This document shows positions 28,671 to 42,596 of a DNA stretch of 64,000 nt, piece by piece. The stretch's first letter is position 1. Every line of letters starts with the position of its first letter. The notes beneath the pieces were generated by a model. That model saw only the letters and a program-made list of their open reading frames with translations. It did not search any database and was not told where the DNA came from. The position numbers and the translations under genes are program-made. This stretch comes from the human T2T-CHM13v2.0 reference genome, Homo sapiens, in assembly GCF_009914755.1 (NCBI RefSeq), contig NC_060927.1; one strand, given 5' to 3'.

Positions 28671-31600
28671 CTGACTTCTGTTTTTAAAGGAACATTCTGG
28701 CTTTTGGTAGAGGATAGTTTATGGAGGAGTAAAGGGGAAAGGTGGGAGACCAGCTTGAAGACTCTAGGATCAGATGGCGGCTGTTGAGATAGGGAGACAA
28801 TGGATTCTGGTTACATTAAACTAGGGCTGTTGGTGTGAAAGAAAGAGAGAACTTATGGATGATTTCAAGAGTCTTGGCCTGATCAACTTGAAGTAAAGAA
28901 ATGAGTCTCACTAAGGCCAAGTTCATTTCCTTTGATAGGAACTTATCTATTTTGCCAATAAGAAGCTGTCGCTGAGCAGGATCTTCCCTTGTAAAATATT
29001 CTGAGTTGAAGTCACACATAATGCATAATATGTTCAATTAATTTATGTTTTAGATCCACTGGGTATAAGTCAATTGAAATTTAAAATTTTCATTATGTGT
29101 TAAATCTAGTTATAGTATCTCTGTCAAAGAAAAAGGCAGAATTTAGCCCTAAAAGTAATAAATTGCCTAAGCGGTGGCAATTAGTGTGTGTGGTGGTTGT
29201 GTGTGTGTGTGTGTGTTGGTTGAGGGATGATGAAATGAATTTATTTTTAGTAGCCCTACAATGAAAGGGAGGCAGGAACTCCCATATAATATTTTAGATT
29301 GCTTAAGATGTTGTCATGCCAGTTTTCATTGTTATTGATGCTAAACACTCTAAGAATATCTCTGGCTCATACAAAAGGTCCTGAATATTTCAATGATATA
29401 TGAAACAAAAAGGCTTCCTAGATGTCTGTGAAACAACACTGATGGCTTCAACGAATGCAGTGGTAAGCATTTATTACAGCACCTGGAATGCAGTTACCTG
29501 GTTGCTTTTTGTTCCATTAACAAGTTGTGAAAAAGTCTTGATGGAGCTTTTAGCTGTAAAACATCTTAGAGCGTAATCTGTTTTTAGAAGATTAATTCCA
29601 TCTGAAATAGAGAAGCAAATGATAAACAGCTTAAAAGACACCAGAGAAATAGATCGTGTTACAGTTGAGGACAATAATATTATTCCACATTTAAGAAAAT
29701 TTTTAGCAAGAGAAAAAAAAACCTGAAAAGAACCATGAGTTTAGCTGTGCTTATTGCAAGAAATTAGTTCGGATATTTTTGCAAAGACGTGTTAAAGGGG
29801 AACGAATAATTAGGACTTTTCTCAGCTAAAAAAAAAGAAAAGACGTAGAAAATGTTATTTTAAAAACATTTTTGGTTTATGTAATTATTCGAAAGCTCCC
29901 CTTAGACCCTAAAAACAAAAACAATCCTCCAAACTTTAAATTTATGATTTATTTATTTACTTATTTTTCAATCTGAACTTTCTGAAAAGAGTGACTGCAA
30001 ACTCGAGTGAATCCTGATGTCTAGTCAAGAACAATACAGATGAGACTTCACTGACAGAAGTTCTGCTTGGGACAGACAAATACTTTATTGATAAGGAGAT
30101 GAATAATTCGATGTGTTCTCTGAATCTGCAGGGAATATGGTTAGATTACAAAATTTTATTTGTTTTTTTTTTTAATAACAGAGGTCAATGCGCATTGTTG
30201 TCAGCAACATCAGTAAGAAGGAAGTACCACATCAGCTGTAACCCACTACAGCTGAACAGGAGAAACTGATCCAGGTTTTAGTGCAGCTCAGGGCATGCTG
30301 TGAATGATTAGCAAATGTGGATACCCAGTATGCCTTGTGGAAAGACACACTTGATGATAAATAACACTCTTTAGAGTTGTAGACAGACAGGCTCAGGGAG
30401 AGATACGCTGTTCACCCAAAGGGTAGTAGCATATGACATTTACCCCCGCAAGGAGATGTTGCAGATGGGAAATATTATCAATTCCAGAGGAATTTTTAGA
30501 TACATTTATAGATGATACACATGGATGTCTGAGAGCTTCTGGGACATTCCAGCATCTTTGGACTTTCACTTAATTCACTAGTCATCCTTTGATAGTGAAC
30601 CTGATGTGCCATTAGTGAGGCCTTAATGTAATATCTTTTATGTTCTAATTTTAGGAAAACCTGATATAATGAAGTAGTCATAAATTTATTTTTGCAGGGG
30701 ATTAGGCTAGGCAATGATAAATAAGAAATGAAGGGCATTTTCTTATACAGATTGCTATTATCTGGTAAATAATAATAGTAATTATTATGTTTCCCTAGGC
30801 GACATAAGTCCTGGTTGAAATGGCATGACATTAACAGTAACAACACATATTTCTTTGGTTTTCCTCTCATCTGTAATTGCAAGACCTTTACTTCTGGAAA
30901 AGGTCCTGCATTTATTGTTGAGAGTCCCACATAGTTTCTGATGAGTACCACATATGGCCCCCATATTCTTACCATTTCTTCCATTGCCTCCTTCTGCTTA
31001 GGCCTCCACCCCTCTGACATTTCACTGGGCCCACAGCCAAGCTGCCCTTTATGGTTCCACCTTTGTTGCTGAGCATCACTACCATTGATGCATGGGAGTT
31101 CTTAGGTGGCAATGGGGCCTCATACTTTCTGGAGTCCTTAGGGTGCCAGAGCCACATGATATTCCTGGCAGAAGTAGATAGAATGTTTCTCTCCCAGTTT
31201 TGGGTTATACCATGAAGCAGGGCTGTTTGTGCCAATTGTCTTAAAGAGCTCTACTGCAATAGTTGTCCCTTTTCTCATCCATGGCTTTCCTTCCCTGATT
31301 CTTTCTCCTTTCCCTCCCTTTCTCCCCATCCCCCATCACCACAAACACAATGAATTTCATGGAGAATGGGGGTGGAGGAAAGTGAGGGTAGGGTAAGCAA
31401 ATCCAGGTGACAACTCATAACTCAGAATCACTCCCTCCTCCAATAACCACTGTTATCAGACTGTCATGCATATCTGATTCCCTTTTCCCTTAGGATGATG
31501 TTCTCTTAGTTCTTATAAATAGACTCATAGTCAGCCTACTTTATCAGGCCTGAAACCATGCTCAAACATTATAGGCTGATGTCTGTTAATAATAATTTAC

Positions 31601-32066
31601 ATTTGAATCTCATCACAAAGCATTTTCATAGACACTATCTCATTTTTCTCACAAGAGCCGATGATTTTTTGGACATTTTACAGAGGAGGACACTGAGGTT
31701 CAGAGAGATTAACTAATCAGGGTCATACAGCTTAGGCTTTGCATGCAGATTCCATAGTGTGGTATTCATATTTCACCACTCACTGGCCTTCACTCACTGG
31801 TAAAAGGAAAGAATATATTTTCTTTTTGAAGATATTTTTCTTGGATCCTCCTGACCTCCGATTCTATTTTGGAACAACTACTCTCTATTCCTGTTGCATA
31901 GCTCTCCACCTGGGATACGTGTTCATTGAATTTTTGCTTCAAAAATAACATGTCTTTTAATTTCCTCTCTTTCTACCTCTCCACATGAATCCTTTGCCCA
32001 GTCATAGAGAATTGTGTGCAATCTTCCGAATGCGCATGCCCCTTCCACCTTTGTGACTTTACACAT

Positions 32067-32390
32067 GTGTCTTAGATTGGGTTCCCTGAAAACAGACTCT
32101 GAGATGGAGAATTGCATGGGGAGTGCTCTTAGGAGATCACTCACAAAGAAGTGAGAAAGGAAAGATTGCAAGGAATTGAGGAAGGAGACATTGTAAGGAA
32201 GGCAGGATTGGGCAGAGGAAGGAGCTGATGTGCAAGGTGATTGCAACCGAGATCTTAGACAATCCTACAGGGAACAAAACCTTGGGGCTAGACAGTTCCC
32301 TGAGGCTGAGAGAAATTCCCAGTAAAGAACAAAGATGTGAGCAGTCAGCATCTGCTATTACCAGCAGCCGGGCGATAAGTGAGTCAGCCT
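32067..32390. mobile_element. MaLR LTR fragment (MLT1-like)
   Basis: tgtcttagattgggttccctgaaaacagactctgagatgga. Confidence 0.5.
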
Positions 32391-32449
32391 TGAAAATATC
32401 AGTGAAAATATCCAATACAGTGAATATCCACTCAGTGAAAATATCCACT

Positions 32450-33490
32450 ACATGTATTTTCTCTCCACTTTAATGTCCTTACCCAGCTTAATTGTTCAAA
32501 CTCATGCCATATTTTACTTGTTTAATATTTGAATAATTTTTTTCTGATACTAGTCATTTTTCTTGGAGCTTCCATTGACATTCTTTCCCTCTCTTCACCA
32601 TGAGAAAAACATATGTTTGAATTTAATTGCTAAGCTCAACCTGCTCCTTTATTTTAAAATGACTGCAATGAAATATACTTTCTTTTTGAAGACATTTTTC
32701 TTGGATCCTCCTGGCCTCCCATTCTACTTTGGAACAACCGTACTCTAGTCCTGTTGCATAGCTCTCCATCTGGGGTATGGGTTCACTGAATTTTTGCTTT
32801 AGAAATAACATTTCTTAGATTCCATGTCTTCTTGTTTCTTGTGTTTCTGTTTACAGCCTCAAGTTACTTTTTACAAAGGACTGATGGAGGTAAAGTTTTT
32901 GTCTAAAAATGTATTTGTTTTGCCTTTACTTGCTATTTTGGCATGAATAGAATTCTATGTTCAAAATAATTTCTACTCATAACTTTAAAGGGTTACTCCA
33001 TTGTCTTTTAGCAGCTAATGTTGCTGATGAGAGGTCTGATGCCTTTGTGCTTCTCCTTCCTATATAGATAACCTGTTCTTTTTAGGTGACTATTTTTGGA
33101 TCTTCGTATTGTCCTCAGTGATCCAAAATGTCAAATTATCCCTAGAGATGGCTCTTCTTAAAGTTATCCTGTTAGGCACTTTGTGGTTGCCTTTAATCTC
33201 ATGGCTTCTGTCATTTTTCAGCTGTGGAAATTTGCCTCCAATGTTTTCTTTCCTTTATTTTCTTAGTTTCTTCTTGTATCTCATTCATGGATCTCCTCAA
33301 CTGATTCTTTGTTTGTTACCCATTTCTTTTTTTTTTTTCTCAGTGTTTTGGGATATTTTCTCTTCTTCCACCCCCCCTATATTTTCTATCAATTTTTTAT
33401 GGCAATTATATTTTTAATTGCCAAAATTTCTTATTTCTGATTATTCCTTTTTATGACGATCAATTCTTGTTTTACAACTGCAGCTTTTCC
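32450..33490 (-). mobile_element. HAL1 / ancient L1ME ORF1-type fragment
   Basis: gtctaaaaatgtatttgttttgcc...tagaattcta...ctccattgtcttttagc...gttgctgatgagaggtctgatgcc. Confidence 0.6.
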
Positions 33491-36400
33491 AAAACGTATG
33501 GCAAAAGAGCTGGACTTTCATACTCCTGAACGTCTCAGTCATTAGAATGCATAAAAGTGTGTTTCAGTAGTTCAAGAGCATTTCTTCAAAAACGATCCCA
33601 AGAGATATAGATGGAGCATTGAAGTAATAACTTACCGATACAATTTTGACTGTGATGTGATTTTTTTTTTTATTGAGCTCTATGAAAATGGTTCAAATGA
33701 GTTGCATCTCATTTTAAATTTGTTAGAACCCTACCTGGACATTTCTCGGGACTCATTATAACTTTTCAGGCAATATCTGGGTCTTACTTATTAGCAAAGT
33801 GGGATTAAACCAGATGGGGCAGAAAAGGGTTAAAATTAATTGGATTAATTCAAAGTGAGGAAATATTAAGGGTTGCCATTATGTACAGATTAGAGAGCCT
33901 ATAGTGAGATGGTGAGTTATAGAGAGATGGAGAGTTATGGTGGGAAAGTTATGGTGGGAAGTGAGAAGTCCATAGAATATGGTCCGATGTTAGAGGCTTT
34001 TTGGCAAAGGATGATGAGAGATTCCAATTTAAGGTATGCATTTTCCCTTATTCACGATCTTCATTGCTGAAGTTATTGCAAACAAAGAAAAATTTACTGT
34101 AAAATAAAGGATAAAGGACTGAGAAATTATTTCAAGTGCCGTGAAAAACACTGCTGATGGGTCACTTTCCTCCTAAAAATTTTAGATAGTTGAGAATTCA
34201 GAAGAACTCAATTTTACGTAATATGTTACAGTTATTTTTGAATTACAAAATCTGATAATTGTGAGCATTGCCTAGGTTAGGATTGAGAATGAATTATTAC
34301 TGAATGCTTTTTGGCATAATCTGTACCTGTATGTTTTTAGACATGGAAAAAGAGAAAGAGTAACCTCCCACCCTGGCTAAACTCCACACTTCTCTTTTAC
34401 TCCTCCAATAAAAATATCTTTAATTTTTTTTGAAAAAGTGCTAGATTGAGAACTTTATAACCCTTGGGAAAAAAATCTGCAAAAGGGCCAGTCTTTGCCT
34501 CTGGGGGTTATAAAATATGATAATTAATATTATATGATGACATTGCTCAGAGCTATCCTGTTCATCAAATAACTTGTCCATTTTTACTAATATGATTGGA
34601 TAAATGTTTTCATTCATATTGGGGTGCCAAGTCCACTCAACCTCATTAGATGGAAACCTTGCCTTTCATTTCTTTGGTGTCTCTCCAGATGAGATAGGGG
34701 AGGGTTCTGTGCACTGTTGGGATGGATACAATAAGGGACATTGACTTATTGATTTACTCTGAGAATTCATGGGCAACCCTTGGAAATATACAATGTTAGT
34801 GTAAATTTTAGAGTTTACTGAGAAATAAGCTCTAAGAGAATATTCAACTTTGAAATTTTGAGAAAGGGAAGTAGCAGACATATGGACACGAAGATGAAAA
34901 CATTTATTAAATTTAAACATTAAATGTAAGGGCAAAATGAACATTACTCTTTAATCTTATAAACTGCAAAATAAGATAAATCAAGTCCAGTAACTTCAAG
35001 TTGACAAAAAAGGCAGGTTTCCCTTCCTCCCCTTTCCTAGGACTCATCACATTAATATATATATATGGACCCAGCATCATCATTATGCATGTTTTCTGTT
35101 TCACCACTATGCTTTCTTTAGCATTAGCTCCATGATTGGATTTTGAAATATAGAGGCATTGATCACAAATTTTAAATTAAAAAAAACAAACAGTAGGTAT
35201 GATGACATTTCCCATGTTTAAAGAGCTCTTGAACTTGCCACTTACTAATTTCTCAGGCACATTTAAAAGGCTTTCGGGTTAACTATAGCAAAGCCAAACA
35301 CTACAGTTCTGTCCCATCCATCTTCAGAATACAGGAAACAGATCAATATTTGAGCTGCTCGAATCTATAAGCAAACCTTTCAAAGGAGCCTAGTACAAGG
35401 AAGAACAATTCTTTAATTAGTCTCATAACATTTTTGAAACCGATTTTGATATAAGTATTCACTATATATAATTTTTTTGGTTTTTATTAATGGTTTGTGA
35501 TAGGGTAAGTGTACAGATTTGTGCCTTACTAAGAAAAGTCCAATTGAACGTATTTTGTTTAAATTAATAAAGAACTGTAGGGAGAATTGGGGGTTGAAGG
35601 ATTAGGTAATAAATAAGAGAAACAGATGCAGATGAAATACTATTTCCTTCGTGTTGTGTATTTCAGGGAATCTTTAATTCACCTGAATATGGCCATGAGT
35701 TATGCTTAGAGTATTGTATTAGAATTCCTAGTAGAAAGGGATTTAAATATACATGTAAAGTTAAATATGGTTAGACAGTAAAATATTGATTGCTTACCAC
35801 AAACAATGCAGCAGAGTATCTAACACTTGTTTTCCTTGTGGAACATAATAAGGTAATTAATTTATCTCTAGCTGAGTTTTATTTGAGAAATTTTCTTGTA
35901 TGTGAAACAGATTTAATGTATTTTGTGTGTGTCTCAAATAGCTATTTGTGCTATAATAACCATGTGCAGTTTGTGGCGGCACTTTAATAATCATCACCTT
36001 AAAAATCGTGATACTTTCTTCTTTTAAATAGTAAAATACAAGGCTCAGTAGTAAAATAGCACTCTGGATATAAAAGCTAATGACTAATAGGAGAGTTCTG
36101 ACCCTCTGAATTGCGTTTACTGTTCACCAATGATTATGTCATTAGGAATGAATTAGATAGTCAATGAGGTGAATCTTCAAATCAAAGCTGCCACTTTGAA
36201 ATTTTCAATAATCTGTTCACTTGTAGGATTAGAATAGTATTTAACGACCATTAGTGTTCTATTGCTGGGGTTATGTGGCCATGAAAAACAGTTTTCTTAT
36301 GGTATCATTTTTTTTCTCTCTCTCTCACTTTTTTTCTTTTAGAGTAACCATACTTTTTAAACCTTGAGTTCTCTGATTATTTACTCTTGATGTGAACAGC

Positions 36401-36789
36401 CAGGCAGAACCGAAATAACATGCTATTTACTATATGGAAAAATCACAGGACAGCAAAGAGTGGTGGGTTCAAGCAGAGGTCAGAGGACTGTCCTAAAAAG
36501 TGAATGTTCCAGAATGTTGATGGCTGATGATTCTTGTTTCTGCCTCTCATTCGTTTGTTTCTGCACACTGTTTTTACTATCTCAATAACATAAAGAAACA
36601 TTATGACTATCAATGTTTTTTGTCTACTGGGAAAATTCATTTATGATTTTTAGATCTAATTTTGTGTACTCTCTTTTTATTGCAAAAACATTACTTTAGG
36701 TCTTTTGTGGGTACTCAACCATTTGTACAGACTAGAATAATAGCTACAAGAGTGGCTGCCATTTATTGCACGTTTGCTATGTCCTAGAT

Positions 36790-37139
36790 CAGCGGTCTCC
36801 AACATTTTTGGCACCAGGGACAAGTTCTGTGAAGACAATTTTTCCACAGACAGGGTGGGCTCAGGGTGAGAGTTTGGGGATGAAACTGTTCCACCTCAGA
36901 TAATCAAGCATTAGTTAGATTCTCATCAGGAGCGGAGCGTGCAGCCTAGATCCCTCTCATGTGCAGTTCACAATAGGGTTCACTCTCCTATGAGAATCTA
37001 ATGCCAATGCTGATCTGACAGGAGGCAGAGCTCAGGCAGTAATGCTCGCTTGCCCTCGGCTCACCTAGTGCTGTGCATCCAGGTTCCTAACAGGCCTAGG
37101 ACTGGTTCTGGTCTGAGGTTCCAGGGCTGGGGACCCGTG
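36790..37139. mobile_element. MER1B hAT MITE
   Basis: Terminal inverted repeats cagcggtctccaac / gctggggacccgtg; perfect 8-bp TSD tcctagat at 36782-36789 and 37140-37147; 350 bp. Confidence 0.9.
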
Positions 37140-38731
37140 TCCTAGATGACATGCTAGAGACATGTTCTGCATCATCCTATGTAGTTCTTACTTTTCATCT
37201 AAAAGCAAGGGATTATCATTTCCTCTTTACGGATGAAAAAATTCAAATTTATATGGTTAGTTGATGATCAAGTTGATTACCTGAAATTTGAATGCAAGTC
37301 CCACCAGTATGTAATCTACACAAGGGCAGGCATTTTTGTATTTTGTTTGCTGATGTATCTATCTATAGCACACAGAATAATATCTGGCACCTCTTAATTG
37401 CTCCGCAAATATGTGTTGAATGAATAGATGAAGATATATTTAGTTCCAAAGTCCATGTTCTTTTACTACACAGCATTACTTAGTTACCCTTCCCCCCAGT
37501 ACTGGAACCTTATGATAAGAGAATATTTTACATTAAGATTAAACTTCAGAATCTCTAAAGCATTCAGCAGAACAGCAGATTATCCAAAAAATAACATCTG
37601 TCATTTTCTCTTTGGTTCATGGGATGATAGAAGTTCAGAATTCATTGTAAGGGTACAAAGGAATACACACACACACACGTCGTTAATGTATGTCAGCAGG
37701 TTACTTTTTTTGACAATAAAATCACTTACCCCTACAGAACATGCCTGAAGCATGGCTCAGACTACTTAAAAATCATGACTAAGCATCATGAGTGTCCTGA
37801 TAAACACATCCAATTCTGGCCTCCTAGCCTGGAATAAGAGGCATAGCTATCTTTCATGTGGCCTTTAATCCTAGGCAAACCTGTGCTTCTCCTCTTGTGG
37901 AAGTCTGCACAGGCAGTCCTGGATGCAGGACAGCGTCATGAGGCAGAGAGACTTAGTAGATAATGTATTGTCTTATGGTCTCTATATACCAAGGAGATAC
38001 ACACAGGCAGGCCTTCTTTGATGGATATTCTGGATACCCAGGTTGTTTTGTTTACCCAGCATCTATTCCACTTTCTTCTGGTAACATCACCCTAAGATTC
38101 CTTTGGTGAACCATTTCTTGCCAGGCCCATCCTCCATCCCTTATTTCATCTCTTCTGGCTACACAAATTGTTTCGGGAATGGGTGGGTAATCCAAATTGG
38201 TTCAATTCAAGTCAGGTCTGGGACTTTTGCTAGACCTTTGGGAAGTTGGGCTCTTTCTTCTGGGGCTTCTGAACTGATAGACTGTTAGTTTGAAGCGGTC
38301 AGAGACTGCCATAGAAAAGGATCTTGACTGAGAATGAAGCTAACACAGAGGAAAATAAGAGGCCTGGTAATAATATTTACATTACAAAGCTTAATCTACC
38401 TTTGAATTTTTAAGATACATGAACTACTACATGTCCTTATTTGCTTAAGTCTCCGGGTAGGTTCCTATCCCTTGTAATGGCTTAGCATATAATAGCTGAG
38501 AGTCTTCATATTTTGATGTAGACTTCCTTTCTTGCTTGTCTTCCTTTTGTTTGTTAAATTTCCCTGAATCATCACCAAAACACATTGTAACTTTGAAAAA
38601 CTCTTTCCCTTGGGAACCGTCATTTGATCCATATAGTGGCTATGTGATGGTGGTTCAAGTGATACTGGGCACCAAGTAATTGAACAAGAATTTCCTAAAT
38701 GTGTTTGGTGGAATACTAAAGTGAGACTTCT

Positions 38732-41700
38732 TTTTCAAAATTTTGTTTTTATTTTCTATTTTTAACATTTTTGTGGGTACATAGTAGGTGTATACATTTA
38801 TGGGGTACATGAAGTGTTTTGATACAGACCTGTAATGTGAAATAAGCACATTATAGGGAATGGAGTATCCCCTCAAGCATTTGCCCTTTGAGTTACAAAC
38901 AATCCAACTACACTCTTTAAGTTATTTTAAAATTTATAATTATGTTATTATTGACTATAGTCACCCTATCCCTATCGTACTATAAAATAGTAGGTCTTCT
39001 TCATTCTTACCATGTTTTTATACTCACTAACCATCCCCATCTCCTCCCCAGCCGCAGCCGCCGGCCAACCCCACTATCATTCCCAGCCTCTGGTAACCAT
39101 CCTTCTGCTCTCTATGTCCATGAATTCAATTGTTTTTATTTTTAGCTCCTATTTGTTTTCTGGTTTATCTTTCTTCCTTCTTTCCTTCCTGTTTTCCCCT
39201 AGTGAAGGTGATTTTTCTCTGGCGATATGATTCAGCTTCTTGGTTTTTATTTTTTGTGCATTCATTGTATGTTTTTTGGTTTGAGGTTACCATGAGGCTT
39301 GCAAATACTATCTTATAACCCATATTTTAACCTGATAACAACTTAACACTATTTGCATAAACAAAGAAATAAACAAGCAAAAGGAAAACTAACAAAAACT
39401 CTATGCTTTAACTTTACTCCCTCACTTTTCAACTTTTTATTGTTTCTACTTATATCTTTTTGTACTGGCTATGTCTGGAAAAGTTGTTGTAGTTATTATT
39501 TTTGATTGTTTCATCATTCAGTCTTTCTACTTAGGATAAGAGTAGTTTACACACCACAGTTATAGTGTTATAATATTCTGTATTTTTCTCTGTATTTACC
39601 ATTACCCGTGAGTTTTGTACTTTCAGGTGATTACTTATTGCTTATTGATATCATTTTCTTTCTGATTAAAGTTCTCCCTTTAGCATATCTTGTAGGACAG
39701 GCTTGGCATTGATGAAATCCCTCAGCTTTTGTTTGTCTGGGGAAGTCTTTAATTCTCCTTCAAGTTTGAAGGATATTTTCACCTGATACACTATTCTAGG
39801 GTAAAAGTTATTTTCCTGCAGCACTTTAAATATGTCATGCCTCTCTCTCCTGGCCTGTAAGTTTTCCACTGAAAAGTCTGCTGCCAGATGTACTGGAGCT
39901 CCATTGTATGTTATTTATTTATTTTCTCTTTCTGCTTTTAGGTTCCTTTCTTTATTCTTGAACTTTGGGAATTGTATTATTAAGTGTCTTGAAGTAGTCT
40001 CCTTTGCATTAAATTTGCTTGCTGTTCTATAACTTTCTTGTACTTGGATATTGATCTCTTCCTCTTGGTTTGAGAAGTTCTCTGTTGTTATTCCTTTGAA
40101 TAAACTTTCTATCCCTATCTTGTTCTCTACCTCCTCTTTAAGGCCAATAAATCTTAGATTTGCCCTCTTGAGTCTATTTTCTAGATCCTGTAGGCATGCT
40201 TCATTGTGTTTTATTCTTTTTTTGTCTCCTCTGACTGTGTATTTTAAAATAGCCTGTATTCAAGCTTACTAATTCTTTCTTCTGCGTGATTAATTCTGCT
40301 ATTAAAGGATTCTGATGCATTCTTTACTATGCCAATTGCATTTTTCAGCTCTAGAATTTCTACTTGATTCTTTTTAATTATTTCCATTTCTTTGTTAAAC
40401 GTATCTAATATGAATCTGAATTCTTTCTCTGTGTTACCTTGAATTTCATTGAGTTTCCTTATGACAGCTATTTGAATTTTCTGTCTGAAAGTTCACATAT
40501 CCCTGTTTCTCCAGGATTGTTCCCTGGTGACTTATTTAGTGCATTTCATGAGGCCATGTTTTCCTAAATGGTGTTGATGCTAGTAGATGTTCTTTTGTGT
40601 TTGGGTATTGAAGAGTTTGGTATTTATTGTAGTCTTTACTGTCTGGGCTTATTTATAGCTGTCTTTCTTGTGAAGGCTGTCTAGATATTTGAAATGACTT
40701 GTGTGTTGTGGTCTAAGCTGTGCTTTAGGGGGCGCCCCAAGCCCAGTAACACTGTGGTTTTTGCAGACTTGAGGTACTGTCTTGTTAGTCTTGGACAAGA
40801 TCTGAGAGATCTGCATTACCAGGCAGAGACTCTTGTTCTCTTTCCTTGCTTTCTTCCAAACATACAGGGTCTCTCTTTCTGTTCTGAGCTAGCTAAAGGT
40901 GGAGGTGAAGTGACACAAGCACCCCTGTGGCCACCAATACTATGACTACACTGGGTCAGACCTGAAGCCAGCACAGGACTAGGTCTCACCCAAGGCCTGC
41001 TGTAGCCACTCCATGACAACTGCCTATATTCACTTATGGCCCTGGGGCTCTACAGTCAGCAGGTGGCAAAGTCAACCAGGCCTGTGTCCTTCCTTTCATG
41101 GTGGCAATGACCCCCAGTCCCTGGGTGGGTCCAGAACTGCCTTCTGGGAGTCAGGGACAAGAGCTAAATTCCTTAGAAGTTTATCTGGTATTCTATTGTA
41201 TTGTGGCTGAGCTGGCACGAAAACTACAAGATGCATTCCTTCCCACTCTTCCCTCCCCTTTCCATAGGCAAAGGAGCCTCACCCTGTAGCTACTGCCACC
41301 CCAAGCCATGAGGAGTAATGCCAGACTACTGCTGATGTTCCTTTAAGGCCCAAGGTCTCTTAAGTCAGCTTGTCATGAATGCTGTCTGGCTCATTACTCA
41401 CCCTTTAGGGCAGTAGACTCCCCTCTGGCCAATGGGAGGTCAAGGAATGTCATCCAAGAGCCATGTCCTGGAATTGGGGACCCCAGGAGCCCACTTGTGT
41501 TCTACCCCACTGTGGCTGTGCTGTTACCTAAGGTGCAAGACAAAATCCCATTTACTTTTTCCTCTGCTTTTCTCAAGCAGATGAAGTTTTGCCCCACAGC
41601 CACCACATTTGGTATAGTGCTGAAGCCAGCAAGTCTCAGAGGCTCACCCAAGGCCCTCAATGTAGTACCTGGGTATTGTTGCTGGTTGTTCAGGGACCAA

Positions 41701-42596
41701 GGACTCTTCAGTTAGCAGGTGATGAATGCTGCCAGGATTGGGTCCTTTCCTTCAAGGCAATGGGTTCTCTTCTGGCCCAGAGTTTGTTTAGAAATGTCAT
41801 CTGGGAGCTAGGGCCTGGAATGGGGGCCTCAGACTCTGACTGGTGCCTTGTCCTGCTGTGGCTGAGCTGGTATCTTAGATGCAAGACAAAGTCCTCCCTA
41901 CTCTTCCCTCTCCTCTCCTCAAGTGGAAAGAAGAGGTCTCTTTTGGAGCCTTGAGCTGTACAGCTTGGGATTAGGGGAGGGGTGATACCGGCACTCCCTT
42001 GGCTGCCCTAGCTGGTGTCTCCGTATGTCATGTACCCCCTCAGTCCACTTCCTCTGGGCCTAGTTCAGCACTAGGACTAACCCAAGAGTTTCAGTCTTTA
42101 TGGCCTAGAGAGCCTTTCAAATTTGCTTGGAGACACAGTGTTGCAGCCGTCTGTGGCGAGGTTTGCAGGCACTCAAGTTCGGACTGCTGGGATGGCAATT
42201 CCTTCTGGCTAGAGTTAATTTAAATGCTTTGTCTGTGGGTGGGTGTCAGCTGGGTTTGGTCCAGTTTTTCTTTCTGCTCTAACAGGACAAAACTGAGTTA
42301 AGTGCCTCACAATTGCTGTGTTCTCTCTTCCCCAGCACCCAGAGAAACTCTCCCCACTACTCCTCTGCTGCCAGGCTTGGGAAGGGATGGCACTGGCGAT
42401 TCAGGACTGTTTTTTCTATCTCTTTAGTGGCTCTCTCTTTCAGTGATATGAAGTTAGAACCAGGTACTGCCAGTGCTCACCTGATTTTTGTTTTTAGTGA
42501 AGGTGCTTTTTCTGTGTAGGCAGTTGTTAACTTGGCGTTCTTGTGGGAGGAATGATCGGTTGAGGTTTCTAGTCTGCCATCTTGCTTTGCCTTCCT
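38732..42596 (-). mobile_element. L1MA2-like element lacking ORF2 (5'UTR + ORF1 + spacer + 3'UTR)
   Basis: 5' end gccatcttgc near 42576-42585; ORF1 C-terminus (39666..39869 FYPRIVYQVKISFK...LRDFIN); junction tttagctcc|tatttgttttctgg at 39149/39150; L1MA 3'UTR to ~38760; decayed TSD at 38716-38731 / 42597-42612. Confidence 0.92.

Noticed and set aside
30496-31020. 174-aa minus ORF
   Set aside because: No recognisable domain, composition typical of AT-rich non-coding DNA, and no exon structure seen.
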